The notes under the pieces: model-generated
The model's input: only the letters and a program-made list of their open reading frames with translations
The model's database searches: none
What the model was told of the DNA's origin: nothing
From: Octopus sinensis
Taxonomy: Eukaryota
NCBI RefSeq assembly: GCF_006345805.1
Contig: NC_043014.1
Coordinates: forward strand, 23,002,001 to 23,066,000
Length of the DNA stretch: 64,000 nt
Direction of reading: 5' to 3'
Shown: positions 49,129-60,524 of the stretch, in pieces
Numbering within the stretch: the stretch's first letter is position 1
How the letters are laid out: each line of letters opens with the position of its first letter
Program-made: the position numbers and the translations under genes

Positions 49129-50779
49129 TACCTATGGGTGTCATTGTGTTTGTTCCTCTTCATTACTTGACAATTTGTGTTGGTTTGTTTACATCCCCAT
49201 AACTTAGCAGTTTAGCAAAAGAGACCAAGAGAAAAATACCAGGCTAAAACAATATAAATACTGGGGTTGAGTTCTTCAACTAAAATCCCTGAAGGCAATG
49301 CTCCAACATGGCCACAGTGCAGTGACTGAAACAAGTAAAAGATATATATAATCAAAACTCTAAATAACTTTTTGGGTCAAGCAAAATAATAATATCTTTA
49401 AAATTCCAATTTCATACATATTTTAATAAAAATTTTGATTTTGGTAATTTTGAATGCCATATTTACTCAAAGCCCACTTCTCACTCTCTTACACGAAAAC
49501 CCTACATCCTGTTCCTATCTTTAAATTTAGATTCAGATCATTGTCACTTCCACCAACTAATTACACTGACTTCCATTGTCATGACAACATTGTCATAGTA
49601 ATTGTTATTTTAAGAAAATTAAGGATATATTGTTCATATACAGTAGGGAGGCAAAAATGCAAGTACTTTTCACTATTTTAAAATGCCTGATATTTCTTAT
49701 ATATATTTAAAAGTAATTTCATTTCATTTCATATTTTACTAGTCTTGACCTTTTTATAAAAGAAAAGAACACATTGGACATAAAGTTATAAAATAATAAT
49801 TTCTTGCATTATCATGAATTCATTGGAGAGGGGAATAATAAAATTAATTGGTTATTATGGAATCTCAAGAGATGAAAGGCATAGTCAACTTTGACAGAAT
49901 TTGACTTCAGACCATGAGAGGACATAACTAAATACAGCAGAGCGTTTAGTCTGGAAGTCAACCATTTCTGAATAATAGTAACTAACTCAGTTACAGCTGT
50001 TGTGTCTCAGGAGACCCAGTAGTTATAATAGGGTCACTGGAGAAGTTGGTTTGTAAAAGAACCAATGTGAATATGGTAGAAGTACAGTGGTTTTGCTTTA
50101 AGGCACTGAATTTGTGATTCCATGCCATCAGTTAACCCTTTTATGATTAAATTTCTAATAAAATATACTTTCTGTGCTTTAGTTAATTTTTGAAAAAAAT
50201 CAAGAACTTAGGAATATTTAATAAAATAATTGGTCTTTTCTGGTCAATTAAGCTGCCCTTTAGAATATCATAGAAGTTTCTTGAAAGTATGATGCAAAAA
50301 TTCAACTGAAATATGAACACTTTAAACTTAGAGGTTTTTCTGTTATAAAACATGAGACAATTTCAGGCAGTTTGTTGTCAAACATATTGAACTATATCAT
50401 AGTCATGTGGTTGTACTTTAAAACAAGATATGAATTTCACTATTTTGCATATTGTTGTTTGTCCTTTGGTTTCAAAGATGATCCGGACTTCACCATAACA
50501 AAAGAGGATGCAGTAATACAGGCAGCTAAAGATTCATGACTACCCTTGCCTATACTACAATTTTCCCTGCCATGAAACTATGGAAGTGGCTGTGCTAAAC
50601 TTGGATCAGAGCGAGAGAGGGCTGCACTGGATCACCAGCCTCATTGTTTTGTCCCCATTTTGTGGATCAGTGACAAGATAGTCGAGATGATTAAGAGGAG
50701 TGCAGTGGGATCACCTGGATGATCTATGTCTCACCATGATCTGAGTTATGCATCCCATAGCAACATTGTTAGATATTAC

Positions 50780-50859
50780 CTTTCTGTACTTTAAAACTTC
50801 ACAATGGATTGCTAAGTTTCCTCTGCATAAAGTGCCAAAAATCCAATCTTCGTATTCAT
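50780..50859 (-). CDS. Candidate isolated host exon (80 nt), product unknown
   Basis: Minus strand ctaag|ATGAATAC...TACAGAAAG|gtaata; open frame (D)EYEDWIFGTLCRGNLAIHCEVLKYRK in non-repeat-looking DNA; acceptor weak. Confidence 0.25.
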
Positions 50860-51082
50860 CTTAGACATGCATATATACACACAATACTGGATTGCTGTTG
50901 ACTCTCCTGAGTTCTTATGCCACTCAAAACTCAGGATCAGGTGTTTTAATGTATTCATTTGGACACTGTAAATGGATATAGTAAGACACTCAATTCTGAG
51001 TTAAGCATCAGCTATTTTCATCATAGTAAAAAAATGTCTAAATGGGTAAAATATTGGATTATCAATTAGATCATGAGTTTAA

Positions 51083-51295
51083 CCTGTTAGCATTTAAAGC
51101 AGTCATATCTAGTCCAAATATTCTACCTGTTTTATGTTCAAACTGGCCAGATCCAGCCTCTTGCACTTACCCTACCATTTCATTCTAAAAGTAAACAATA
51201 ACATCAATGAAACCTCAAAACCATGAGATAATATTTAATTAATTCAAAACAATGTGAATAAATAAGCATTACAAGTAATCTGAATTCTAAATAAT
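51083..51295. mobile_element. Third, more degenerate copy of the TTAA MITE
   Basis: TTAA-CCTGTTAGCATT start; body matches 29205-29424; right TIR decayed. Confidence 0.7.
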
Positions 51296-51826
51296 TGAAT
51301 TTGTTTTCAGTATTTCACCTCTTTAGATAAAAAACTTTTCTATACTAGTTAAGTTCATAATAGGTAAAGTTCATTTGGAGTGAAGAATAGAAGATAAATG
51401 TGGTTGTGGCTTTGGTTGGGAGCATTCACTTGCTTCCAGTTCAAATGATGACATATTTTTCTCAAATTAAATGAGAGAAGCTCTGGTTAAAATCTCCTAG
51501 AAATAACTTCATAATTTCACAATTTTTCTGACATTAAAAAAAAAAAAAAATAAAATGTACACCTTGGATAATGTAGCCTTAGCTATAAAAAACAAGCAAA
51601 TGGTCATGATTGGAATAGTTTTGACCTGGGTCTACACAACAATAACACTTCTTCATCTTCAGATGAAGGGCAAGTCTTAAAATACTATCTTCTACAGTCT
51701 TCATCACAGATGAATTTTATAAATCTTGTACTTTCCTACTGATTATCTTTTCTACCAACGTTGATCATCACCAACTTCCTCAGATTCAATATTTTCCCCT
51801 TACTTTTCTACATTGCTTCGTTTCAG

Positions 51827-51858
51827 TTACTTGTCAATAATGACTATGAAATTATCTG
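51827..51858 (+). CDS. Candidate 32-nt micro-exon, product unknown
   Basis: ttacttttctacattgcttcgtttcag|TTACTTGTCAATAATGACTATGAAATTATCTG|gtaaga; reads LLVNNDYEII; strong splice-like signals only. Confidence 0.2.
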
Positions 51859-52899
51859 GTAAGAGTTATCTATAACAGACTTCTGATTTAACCAGGATGA
51901 GATTTATCATTTATTCACTTCAGATACTGAAACCAGAATGAAGCAAAATGAGCCTGTAATTCAAAGGGCCAGTCTTGCCACATTCTGTGTCATGCTCTAA
52001 ATCTCCCGGCGAACTATATTAAGGGTATGTGTAACTGTGGAGTGCTCAGCCACTTGCACATTTTTTTCACAAGCAGGCTGTTCCATTGATAAAACCAACT
52101 GGAACCCTAATCACTGTAACTGATGGAGTACCACTTAATAGGTACGTACATTTTATGTTACTACAATTGTACTCATATTGATTGAGAGAGCAAGGGGTCC
52201 TTTTTATAGTCACACTTGACTGGCCTGAGATAGCAACAAAACCTTGCCATAACAACATAAAATAAGGACTCATTGAATGATGCAGTCCATGATATGCCTG
52301 TCTGAAAGATAAAGGTGGAATGCTTTTGATTAATAGGTCTTTCACTGGAATATCTTTGATTAGCAAGTCTCTTGGATTGACACTAGTTTTATAAGGATGT
52401 GACTGAAGTTGAGTGAACTGATCTTCATGCATGACAGATTTTTATTTCATCAAACTCAGAGAAAATCAAAAGTAAAATCTATTCCAATAGAATATGAAAC
52501 CAAGAAGAGGAAGAGTGTAAACACCCCAATGCTCTAATATTTTCACAGCTTCACCTCTATTATAACCCATATTCTAATATTTTCACAACCTCACCTCTAT
52601 TATAACCCATATTTCTAATTGCCTCTGTGTTTTAATTAATTTTGAAAGTAATTTTTATATCCTTGACAAACGTTGGATATGTAATTTAATGATGCAGAGG
52701 TAAAATCAATGTATTCACACAACATACTTCTCGAGACTCCAAAATCTCCTCTCAACAACTCCTATCGACCGCTGTCTTAACCGATATGCTACTCTTTATA
52801 AGAGTTCAGCTAGTCCATTTTTCCAATCCCCCTTTGAGATTGACTTCCGTAGGAAGTTAATATTACTATTTTTATTTATTTTTATTTCTTCATATCTCC

Positions 52900-55407
52900 C
52901 TTTTTGAGATTTTCCTCCTAGAGTTTAATATTTCTTCCATTTATGCACTACTTCCAACCATTCTGTTTGTTTCCTATTTCTTGTGCTGCTATGCCTAGGT
53001 TCGATTTTTTGTGGCGTTGGAACATCAAAGGTGTCATAGAACACTTCCATGGGTATCTCTTTTCTTTTTTCCGTATATTTATTTTTTAGCTGGTTTAAAT
53101 ATCTTTTCTGTTCTCATTTTTCATCTTTTATCATATATGTCATTTTGCCTATTCTTTATGTTACTACTCCATCTTCCCAACCTTGTCTTGCATTTTATAT
53201 ATATTTTGAAAAACACTTTGTCACAGATATTAAAATGGTTTGTCATATTTTTAGTGTTTTCCCTATTTTTTTTCTTACTGGTAGCAGCTTGTTAAAAATT
53301 GACATTATTTTTCGAGCAAAAATTAGTTCTGTTGGCAACTTGCCTGAAAAAGTGCTTGGGTTTGGTGCTATCCTATAAACCCTCAAGAACTGTGCTGATG
53401 CTGTGTCATCAACTAGCCTGTTTCTTGATTTCTTTAATGCTCTTTTAAATGTAGTCATGAACCTTTCCACTCGCCCGTTTGATCTTGGGTGATACAGAGG
53501 AGTAGTGATATGTTCAACTGAGTACATCTTGCAAAAATTCTTAAATTCGTTCACCGTGAATTGTGTACAGTTATCAGAGACTATGATATCCGTGACACTA
53601 TACCTAGCAAAAGTTCTTGCAGAAATTCCACTGTCACCGTGGGTGTCGGTTTTCTACATTTACACATTTCTGGTCATTTTGAAAAACTATCTACCACTAT
53701 TAGATAATATGATCAGTTTAACGGTCCTGTGAAGTCTTTGTAGTCTGAACCATGGAATATCAGTTTTGAGCCAAGGCTGAAATTTTATAGATGGTGATTT
53801 CACTGCCAGAGCACAACCCCTGCAGGATTTTACCAATTTCTCAATATCTAGATCCATTTTTGGCCAGTAAACACATAACTCCTCATAAGCAACTTCATCC
53901 TAGAAATTCCAGCATATCCAGTGTGGAATTCCTTTAATATTCAACCTTGTAGTGAGGTAGGCATTACGACCCTCTGTGCATACATAAGCGCATTATCATA
54001 TATCAAATACAAGTTCGAAACTGTGTTACATCCAGCCATGCATATATGTTTATTTGTTTCTTCTGATCTCACTATTTTTTTTTCATTTTTATGATAAACT
54101 CATCCGTCGCTGCCTTAATTTTCATTTCCTCCAATGTCATGCACAACATTGCACAATATATTTTTTATTTCCTTTTTGGCTTTTAATATACTGTCACTCT
54201 ATCTTCTAGTGGTTCACTGAATTTTGGTATTAACCTCGACAAACCATCTGCATGTCCCAATTTTTTTGATGGCAAATACTCCATTTTGAAGTAATTCAGT
54301 AGGATCATTCCCCAGCACAGCAATCTGTTGGCTACATGTGTGGGGATACCCGTTTTTGATCCAGAGATCAACAATAACGGGCAGTGGTCTGTCTGCAGAC
54401 TGAACCTTCTTCCATGTATAAATTTATGAAATTTTTTTACTGCAAATATGATGGTTAATGCCTCTTTTTCTATGAATGTGTTTATGAGTGTGTTGTGAAG
54501 GTTTAGCTGCAGCGAAATCTGAACCGGCAAGCATAATGTCCATAGTTTGTTGGAAAATGCCAGGTGCTACCTTTATACCAAAGGGGTGTCAATTAAATTT
54601 ATACAACCTTTTATGAGTATTTATTGTCAATAATTTTGAACATTCCTCACTAACTTTTACCTGCAAATATGTTTCAGATAGGCCCAACTTTGAAAAAAAT
54701 TTTCCTCCATTCAACTTTGTGAACATTTCCTCCGGGCTTGGTAGTGGATAATTATATGGCATCAAACATTCGTTTAATCTCATTGAAAAATCAGCTCATA
54801 CTCGGATTTTTTTTTTTTTCTTCTTGACATAAACTGTTGGGGACACCCATTTTATGTAACCAATTTTTTCAATAAAGCCAAGCTTTCCAAGTCTATCCAA
54901 TTCATCATTGACTTGTTTCAACGCTGTGAAAGGTACCATTCCTTTTGGTTTAAATACCGGTATAGTGTTTTCTTTCACTTGAAACTTCGCCTCTGCTTTG
55001 GTGCAAAGACCCAATTCCTCAGAAAAAACTTCAGGTAAAATTTAAAAAAATTCTTTTTTTAGATCCGCCGATACCTTATTTGTACTGGCGGAAGAACCAT
55101 TCACATTTTTACAAAAATATATTGATGGGGAGGTCCCTTTAAGTTAAATAGTTCCATCCAGTCTGTTCCAAATAAATTTGTCATATTTTTCAACATAAAA
55201 ACTTTGGCTCTCAATGTTTATCCACGAAATGAAGCATCACTAATCATTTCACCCATAAAATGCAATTTTTTTCCTGACTCAACTCATGCAACTTTCGAAG
55301 TTTCCTTTAATCTAGGTTTCCCTAATTTTCTCCATGTACCTGTATTAATTATTGTGATATCACTGCCCATATCTAATTGTAATTTGATATTCACATTATC
55401 CATTGTT
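52900..55407 (-). mobile_element. Ty3/Gypsy pol (protease, RT, RNase H, integrase), degenerate, RT YxDD region deleted
   Basis: IKLQLDMGSDITII (protease); PVFKPKGMVPFTA..WVSPTV; YPLPSPEEMFTKLNGGKFFSKL; PFGIKVAPGIFQQTMD..DFAAA fused near 54505 to IEKEALTIIFAVKKFHKFIHGRRFSLQTDH; HADGLSRL; YHPRSNGRVERFMTTFKRAL. Confidence 0.93.
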
Positions 55408-58400
55408 GGGAACCTGTGGAAGAGGTAGACCCAGGAAAACCTGGGACGAGGTGGTGAAGCACGACCTTCGAACTTTAGGTCTCACTAAGGAAATGTCTAG
55501 AGACCGAGACCTACGGAAGTATGCTGTGCGTGAGAAGACCCGGCAAGACTAGTCAGGCCATAACCCGTGGCCCCTACCTTGGACGTAGTCAGTCCTCCTG
55601 TGCATACCTTCCTTCTTGTGACACTTATGAAGACCTGTTGAGGCAAGTGAAAATCAAATCAAAACAAATCAAAATAGATGAACATCAGTGGAATTGTATT
55701 CTTTGTGGTACCAGTGCCGGTGGCACACAAGAAAACCACCCAAACGTGGCCGTAGCCAGTACCGCATCGACTGGCCTCCGTGCTGTGGGCACAACAAACA
55801 CCATCCGATCGTGGCCGTTCGCCAGCCTCATCTGGCACCTGTGTCGGTGGCACATAAAGTCACCATCCGAAGACCCGGCGACGTAGTCAGTCCACCTGTG
55901 CATACCTTCCCTCTTATGACACTTGTGAAGACCTGTTGAGGCAAGTGTGTGACACTTGTGAAGACCTGTTGAGGCAGAGGCAAGTGTGTGACACTTTGTG
56001 AAGACCTGTTGAGGCAGAGGCAAGTGTGTGACACTTGTGGAGACCTGTTGAGGCAAGTGTGTGACACGTGTGACACTTGTGAAGACCTGTTGAGGCAAGT
56101 GAAAATCAAAATCAAACCAAATCAAAATAGATGAACATCAATGGAATTTGTATCTTTGTGGTTCCAGTACCGGTGGCACACAAGAAAACCATCCGCACGT
56201 GGCCGTAGCCAGTACCGCATCGACTGGCCTCCGTGCTGTGGGCACAACAAACACCATCTGATCGTGGCCGTTCACCAGCCTCATCTGGCACCTGTGTCGG
56301 TGGCACATAAAAACACCATCCGAAGACCCGGCGACGTAGTCAGTCCACCTGTGCATACCTTCCCTCTTATGACACTTGTGAAGACCTGTTGAGGCAAGTG
56401 TGTGACACTTGTGAAGACCTGTTGAGGCAGAGGCAAGTGTGTGACACTTTGTGAAGACCTGTTGAGGCAGAGGCAAGTGTGTGTGACACTTGTGGAGACC
56501 TGTTGAGGCAAGTGTGTGACACGTGTGACACTTGTGAAGACCTGTTGAGGCAAGTGAAAATCAAAATCAAACCAAATCAAAATAGATGAACATCAATGGA
56601 ATTTGTATCTTTGTGGTTCCAGTACCGGTGGCACACAAGAAAACCATCCGCACGTGGCCGTAGCCAGTACCGCATCGACTGGCCTCCGTGCTGTGGGCAC
56701 AACAAACACCATCTGATCGTGGCCGTTCACCAGCCTCATCTGGCACCTGTGTCGGTGGCACATAAAAACACCATCCGAAGACCCGGCGACGTAGTCAGTC
56801 CACCTGTGCATACCTTCCCTCTTATGACACTTGTGAAGACCTGTTGAGGCAAGTGTGTGACACTTGTGAAGACCTGTTGAGGCAGAGGCAAGTGTGTGAC
56901 ACTTTGTGAAGACCTGTTGAGGCAGAGGCAAGTGTGTGACACTTGTGGAGACCTGTTGAGGCAAGTGTGTGACACGTGTGACACTTGTGAAGACCTGTTG
57001 AGGCAAGTGAAAATCAAAATCAAACCAAATCAAAATAGATGAACATCAATGGAATTTGTATCTTTGTGGTTCCAGTACCGGTGGCACACAAGAAAACCAT
57101 CTGCACGTGGCCGTAGCCAGTACCGCATCGACTGGCCTCCGTGCTGTGGGCACAACAAACACCATCTGATCGTGGCCGTTCACCAGCCTCATCTGGCACC
57201 TGTGTCGGTGGCACATAAAAACACCATCCGAAGACCCGGCGACGTAGTCAGTCCACCTGTGCATACCTTCCCTCTTATGACACTTGTGAAGACCGACCTG
57301 TTGAGGCAGAGGCAAGTGTGTGACACTTTGTGAAGACCTGTTGAGGCAGAGGCAAGTGTGTGACACTTGTGGAGACCTGTTGAGGCAAGTGTGTGACACG
57401 TGTGACACTTGTGAAGACCTGTTGAGGCAAGTGAAAATCAAAATCAAACCAAATCAAAATAGATGAACATCAATGGAATTTGTATCTTTGTGGTTCCAGT
57501 ACTGGTGGCACACAAGAAAACCATCCGAACGTGCCGGCCGTAGCCACCGCATCGACTGGCCTCCGTGCTGTGGGCACAACAAACACCATCTGATCGTGGT
57601 CGTTCGCCAGCCTCATCTGGCACCTGTGTCGGTGGCACATAAAAACACCATCCGAAGACCCGGCGACGTAGTCAGTCCACCTGTGCATACCTTCCTTCTT
57701 ATGACACTTGTGAAGACCTGTTGAGGCAAGTGTGTGACACTTGTGTAGACCTGTTGAGGCAAGTGAAAATCAAAAATCAAAATAAAATAAAATCAAATCA
57801 AACCAAATCAAAATAGATGAACATCAATGGAATTTGTATCTTTGTGGTACCAGTACTGGTGGCAACACAAGAAAACCATCCGAACGTGGCCTAGCAGTAC
57901 CGCCTCATCGACTGGCCTCTGTGATGTGGGCACATAACAAACACCATCCGATCGTGGCCGTTCGCCAGCCTCATCTGGCACCTGTGTCGGTGGCACATAA
58001 AAACACCAACCGAAGACCCGGCAAGACTAGTCAGGCCATAACCCGGGGCCCCTACCTGGGACGTAGTCAGTCCACCTGTGCATACCTTCCTTCCTTCTTG
58101 TGACACTTGTGAAGACCTGTGAAGACCTGTTGAGGGAAGTGAAAATCAAATCAAATCAAATCAAAACAAATCAAAATAGATGAACATCAATGGAATTTGT
58201 ATCTTGTGGTACCAGTGCCGGTGGCACACAAGAAAAAAACCATCCGAACGTGGCCGTAGCCAGTACCGCATCGACTGGCCTCCGTGCTGTGGGCACGTAA
58301 CAAACACCATCCGATCGTGGCCGTTCGCCAGCCTCATCTGGCACCTGTGTCGGTGGCACATAAAAACACCATCCGAAGACCCGGCAAGACTAGTCAGGCC

Positions 58401-58994
58401 ATAACCCGTGGCCCCTACCTGGGATGTAGTCAGTCCACCTGTGCATACCTTCCTTCTTGTGACACTTGTGAAGACCTGTTGAGGCAAGTGAAAATCAAAA
58501 CAAATCAAAATAGATGAACATCAATGGAATTTGTATCTTTGTGGTACCAGTGCTGGTGGCACACAAGAAAATCATCCGAACGTGGCCGTAGCCAGTACCG
58601 CATAGACTGGCCTCCGTGCTTTGGGGACGTAACAAACACCATCCGATCATGGCCGTCCGCCAGCCTCATCTGGCACCTGTGTCGGTGGCACATAAAAACA
58701 CCATCCGAGCGTGGCCGTCTGCCAGCCTCGTCTGGCACCTGTGTCGGTGACACATAAAAACACCATCCGAGCGTGGCCGTTCGCCAGCCTCGTCTGGCAC
58801 CTGTGTCGGTGGCACATAAAATCACCCACTACACTCTCGGAGTGGTTGGCATTAGGAAGGGCATCCAGCTGTAGAAACACTGCCAGATCTGACTGGCCTG
58901 GTGCAGCCTTCGGGCTCCCCAGACCCCAGTTGAACCGTCCAACCCATGCTAGCATGGAAAACGGACGCTAAATGATGATGATGATGATGATGAT
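55408..58994 (+). mobile_element. 5'-truncated RTE insertion with massively expanded 3' UTR
   Basis: Begins GTCGRGRPRKTWDEVVKHDLRTLGL...EKTRQD* (stop 55550-52); ends with the shared RTE tail and (GAT)n at 58972-94. Confidence 0.92.
55553..58820 (+). repeat. Hierarchical tandem array of RTE 3' UTR (8 landmark copies, 334-455-bp period)
   Basis: TAGATGAACATC at 55675, 56128, 56583, 57036, 57460, 57814, 58177 and 58511; nested 33/39-bp GACACTTGTGAAGACCTGTTGAGGCAAGTGTGT sub-repeats; ~62-bp units at 58680-58820. Confidence 0.95.
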
Positions 58995-59470
58995 GGACAC
59001 AAATTTTCTTTTCTGAGCTTCGCTTAGAATTTTTTTAACAATACGTTCTTTCTAGAATTTTTTCTTTTTTTGCTTGACCCTTTTTTTTTTGTTTCACTAT
59101 ACAATGTGAACTTTTATGTCCGATTTCCCACACTCAAAACATTTATGAATTTTGAAAGGACAATTACTTCTAAAATGTAAGCCTCCACACTCATAGCATG
59201 GAATTGGTCTTGACATTTGTTTTTCCTTTTTCTTATCGGTTTCAGGTCGACATGCATGTATCTGAGAGCAATCTTTTTCTTCAGTTTTATCCGCGTCATG
59301 TCTTAAATTTATAATCCTCTGGCATTCTTCAGCCTCTGCCTGTAGACTTAATTTTTGGTCTTGTTCTAATTTTGTTAATATATGGGAACATATATCAGCA
59401 TCTTTTCTTGCAATTAACCCTTGAACAAATCTGGGGTTAATTCATTTAATTTGAATTCTTTACATTCTCT
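58995..59470 (-). mobile_element. Gypsy gag C-terminal part (CCHC knuckles), same element as 52900-55407
   Basis: ECKEFKLNELTPDLFK...ILTKLEQDQKLSLQAEAEECQRIINLRHD...PCYECGGLHFRSNCPFKIHKCFECGK; ends EAQKRKFVS at the RTE tail. Confidence 0.85.
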
Positions 59471-59850
59471 GTTAATGTAGCACCAGCATGAGTGCTTTCT
59501 ATGTGGCTTCCTATGTACAGTTTACATGGCACTGTAATGAGTGTTTTATATGGGGAACTAGCTTGAGTGCTTTTTATATTATACCAGCACCGGCTGTAAA
59601 GGACTTTCCTGCATGCATGGATGACCATAGTTTTCCTTAGCTTAACAAGCCATAAATCTCAGTCTCTTGTCATCTACTTAGTGAAGCCCAATATCTGGCA
59701 ATCCTCTCTCATCACCTTGTCTCATGTCTTCCTGGAACAACTCTTTCCACAAGTTCCTTCCCCAATTAGAGATAGGCACTTCTTTATGCAGCCGTCCTCA
59801 TCCAAATGCATCACAAGACTATACCAGTGCAGTTTTCTCTCTTGCATGCA
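59470..59850 (-). mobile_element. RTE ORF end plus part of the 3' UTR
   Basis: Minus: QERKLHWYS...DEDGCIKKCLSL..EGTCGK..SRKT*DKV. Confidence 0.7.
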
Positions 59851-60346
59851 ATATCATATAATTTCATCTAAAATAAACTTTTTCAAAAATCTTTAATTCT
59901 CCTATTAAAGGACAAAATGGAACAATTCTTTATCTGATTTCACTCACTGGATTGTGACCATGCTAGGATACTACCTTCAAGAGTTTTAGTTAATCATACC
60001 ATCCCATTACTTATTTCAATCTAACACTTATTTATCAAGTGGCTAAGTTACTACATTTTTGACACAACAGTTTTTACACCAGTCAATTGTAAAATAGACA
60101 CAGACAAACAAAAGCATACATGACAGGCTTCAGCACAGATATCATCAACCAAATTCCACTAATAAAATATTTATCAAGCCAAAACTAATTATAAGACACT
60201 CACCTAAGGTGCTATGCAGTGGGATCAAACCTGGAATAATGAGTAAACTTTCTAATCCCACAGCTATCCTTGCACCTATAATGATCAAGTTTCTTTACTA
60301 GTTGTTCTATGATGCAAGTTCAAGCGACTAATATCACTGACTTATT

Positions 60347-60520
60347 TAAGGCAGTGAGCTGGCAGAATCATTAACACACTGGGAAAAAACCTTAGTGGCA
60401 TTTTGTCTGTCTCTATGTTCTGAGTTCAAATTCTGCCGAGATCAACTCTGCGTTTCATCCTTGTGGAGTTGATAAAAAAAAATACCAGTTGAGTACTGGG
60501 GTTGATGTAATCAACTTAGA
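60347..60520 (+). mobile_element. tRNA-derived SINE, 3'-truncated by the following RTE
   Basis: AAGGCAGTGAGCTGGCAGAATC (A-box-like)...GAGTTCAAATTC (B-box-like)...TACTGGGGTTGATGTAATC. Confidence 0.8.
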
Positions 60521-60524
60521 CTTA

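Noticed and set aside
52533-52612. 40-bp direct duplication
   Set aside because: Real but an ordinary local slippage event with no further structure.
52680-52905. Possible Gypsy 3' LTR with a purine tract (minus AAAAAGGGAGA at 52905-52895; TG...CA)
   Set aside because: No matching 5' LTR is visible beyond gag, so the boundaries cannot be confirmed.
55553-58820. Repeat array resembling a CRISPR locus; repeated ORFs such as MEFVSLWFQYRWHTRK
   Set aside because: Whole units repeat, there are no unique spacers and no cas genes, and the sequence derives from an RTE 3' UTR; the ORFs are incidental.
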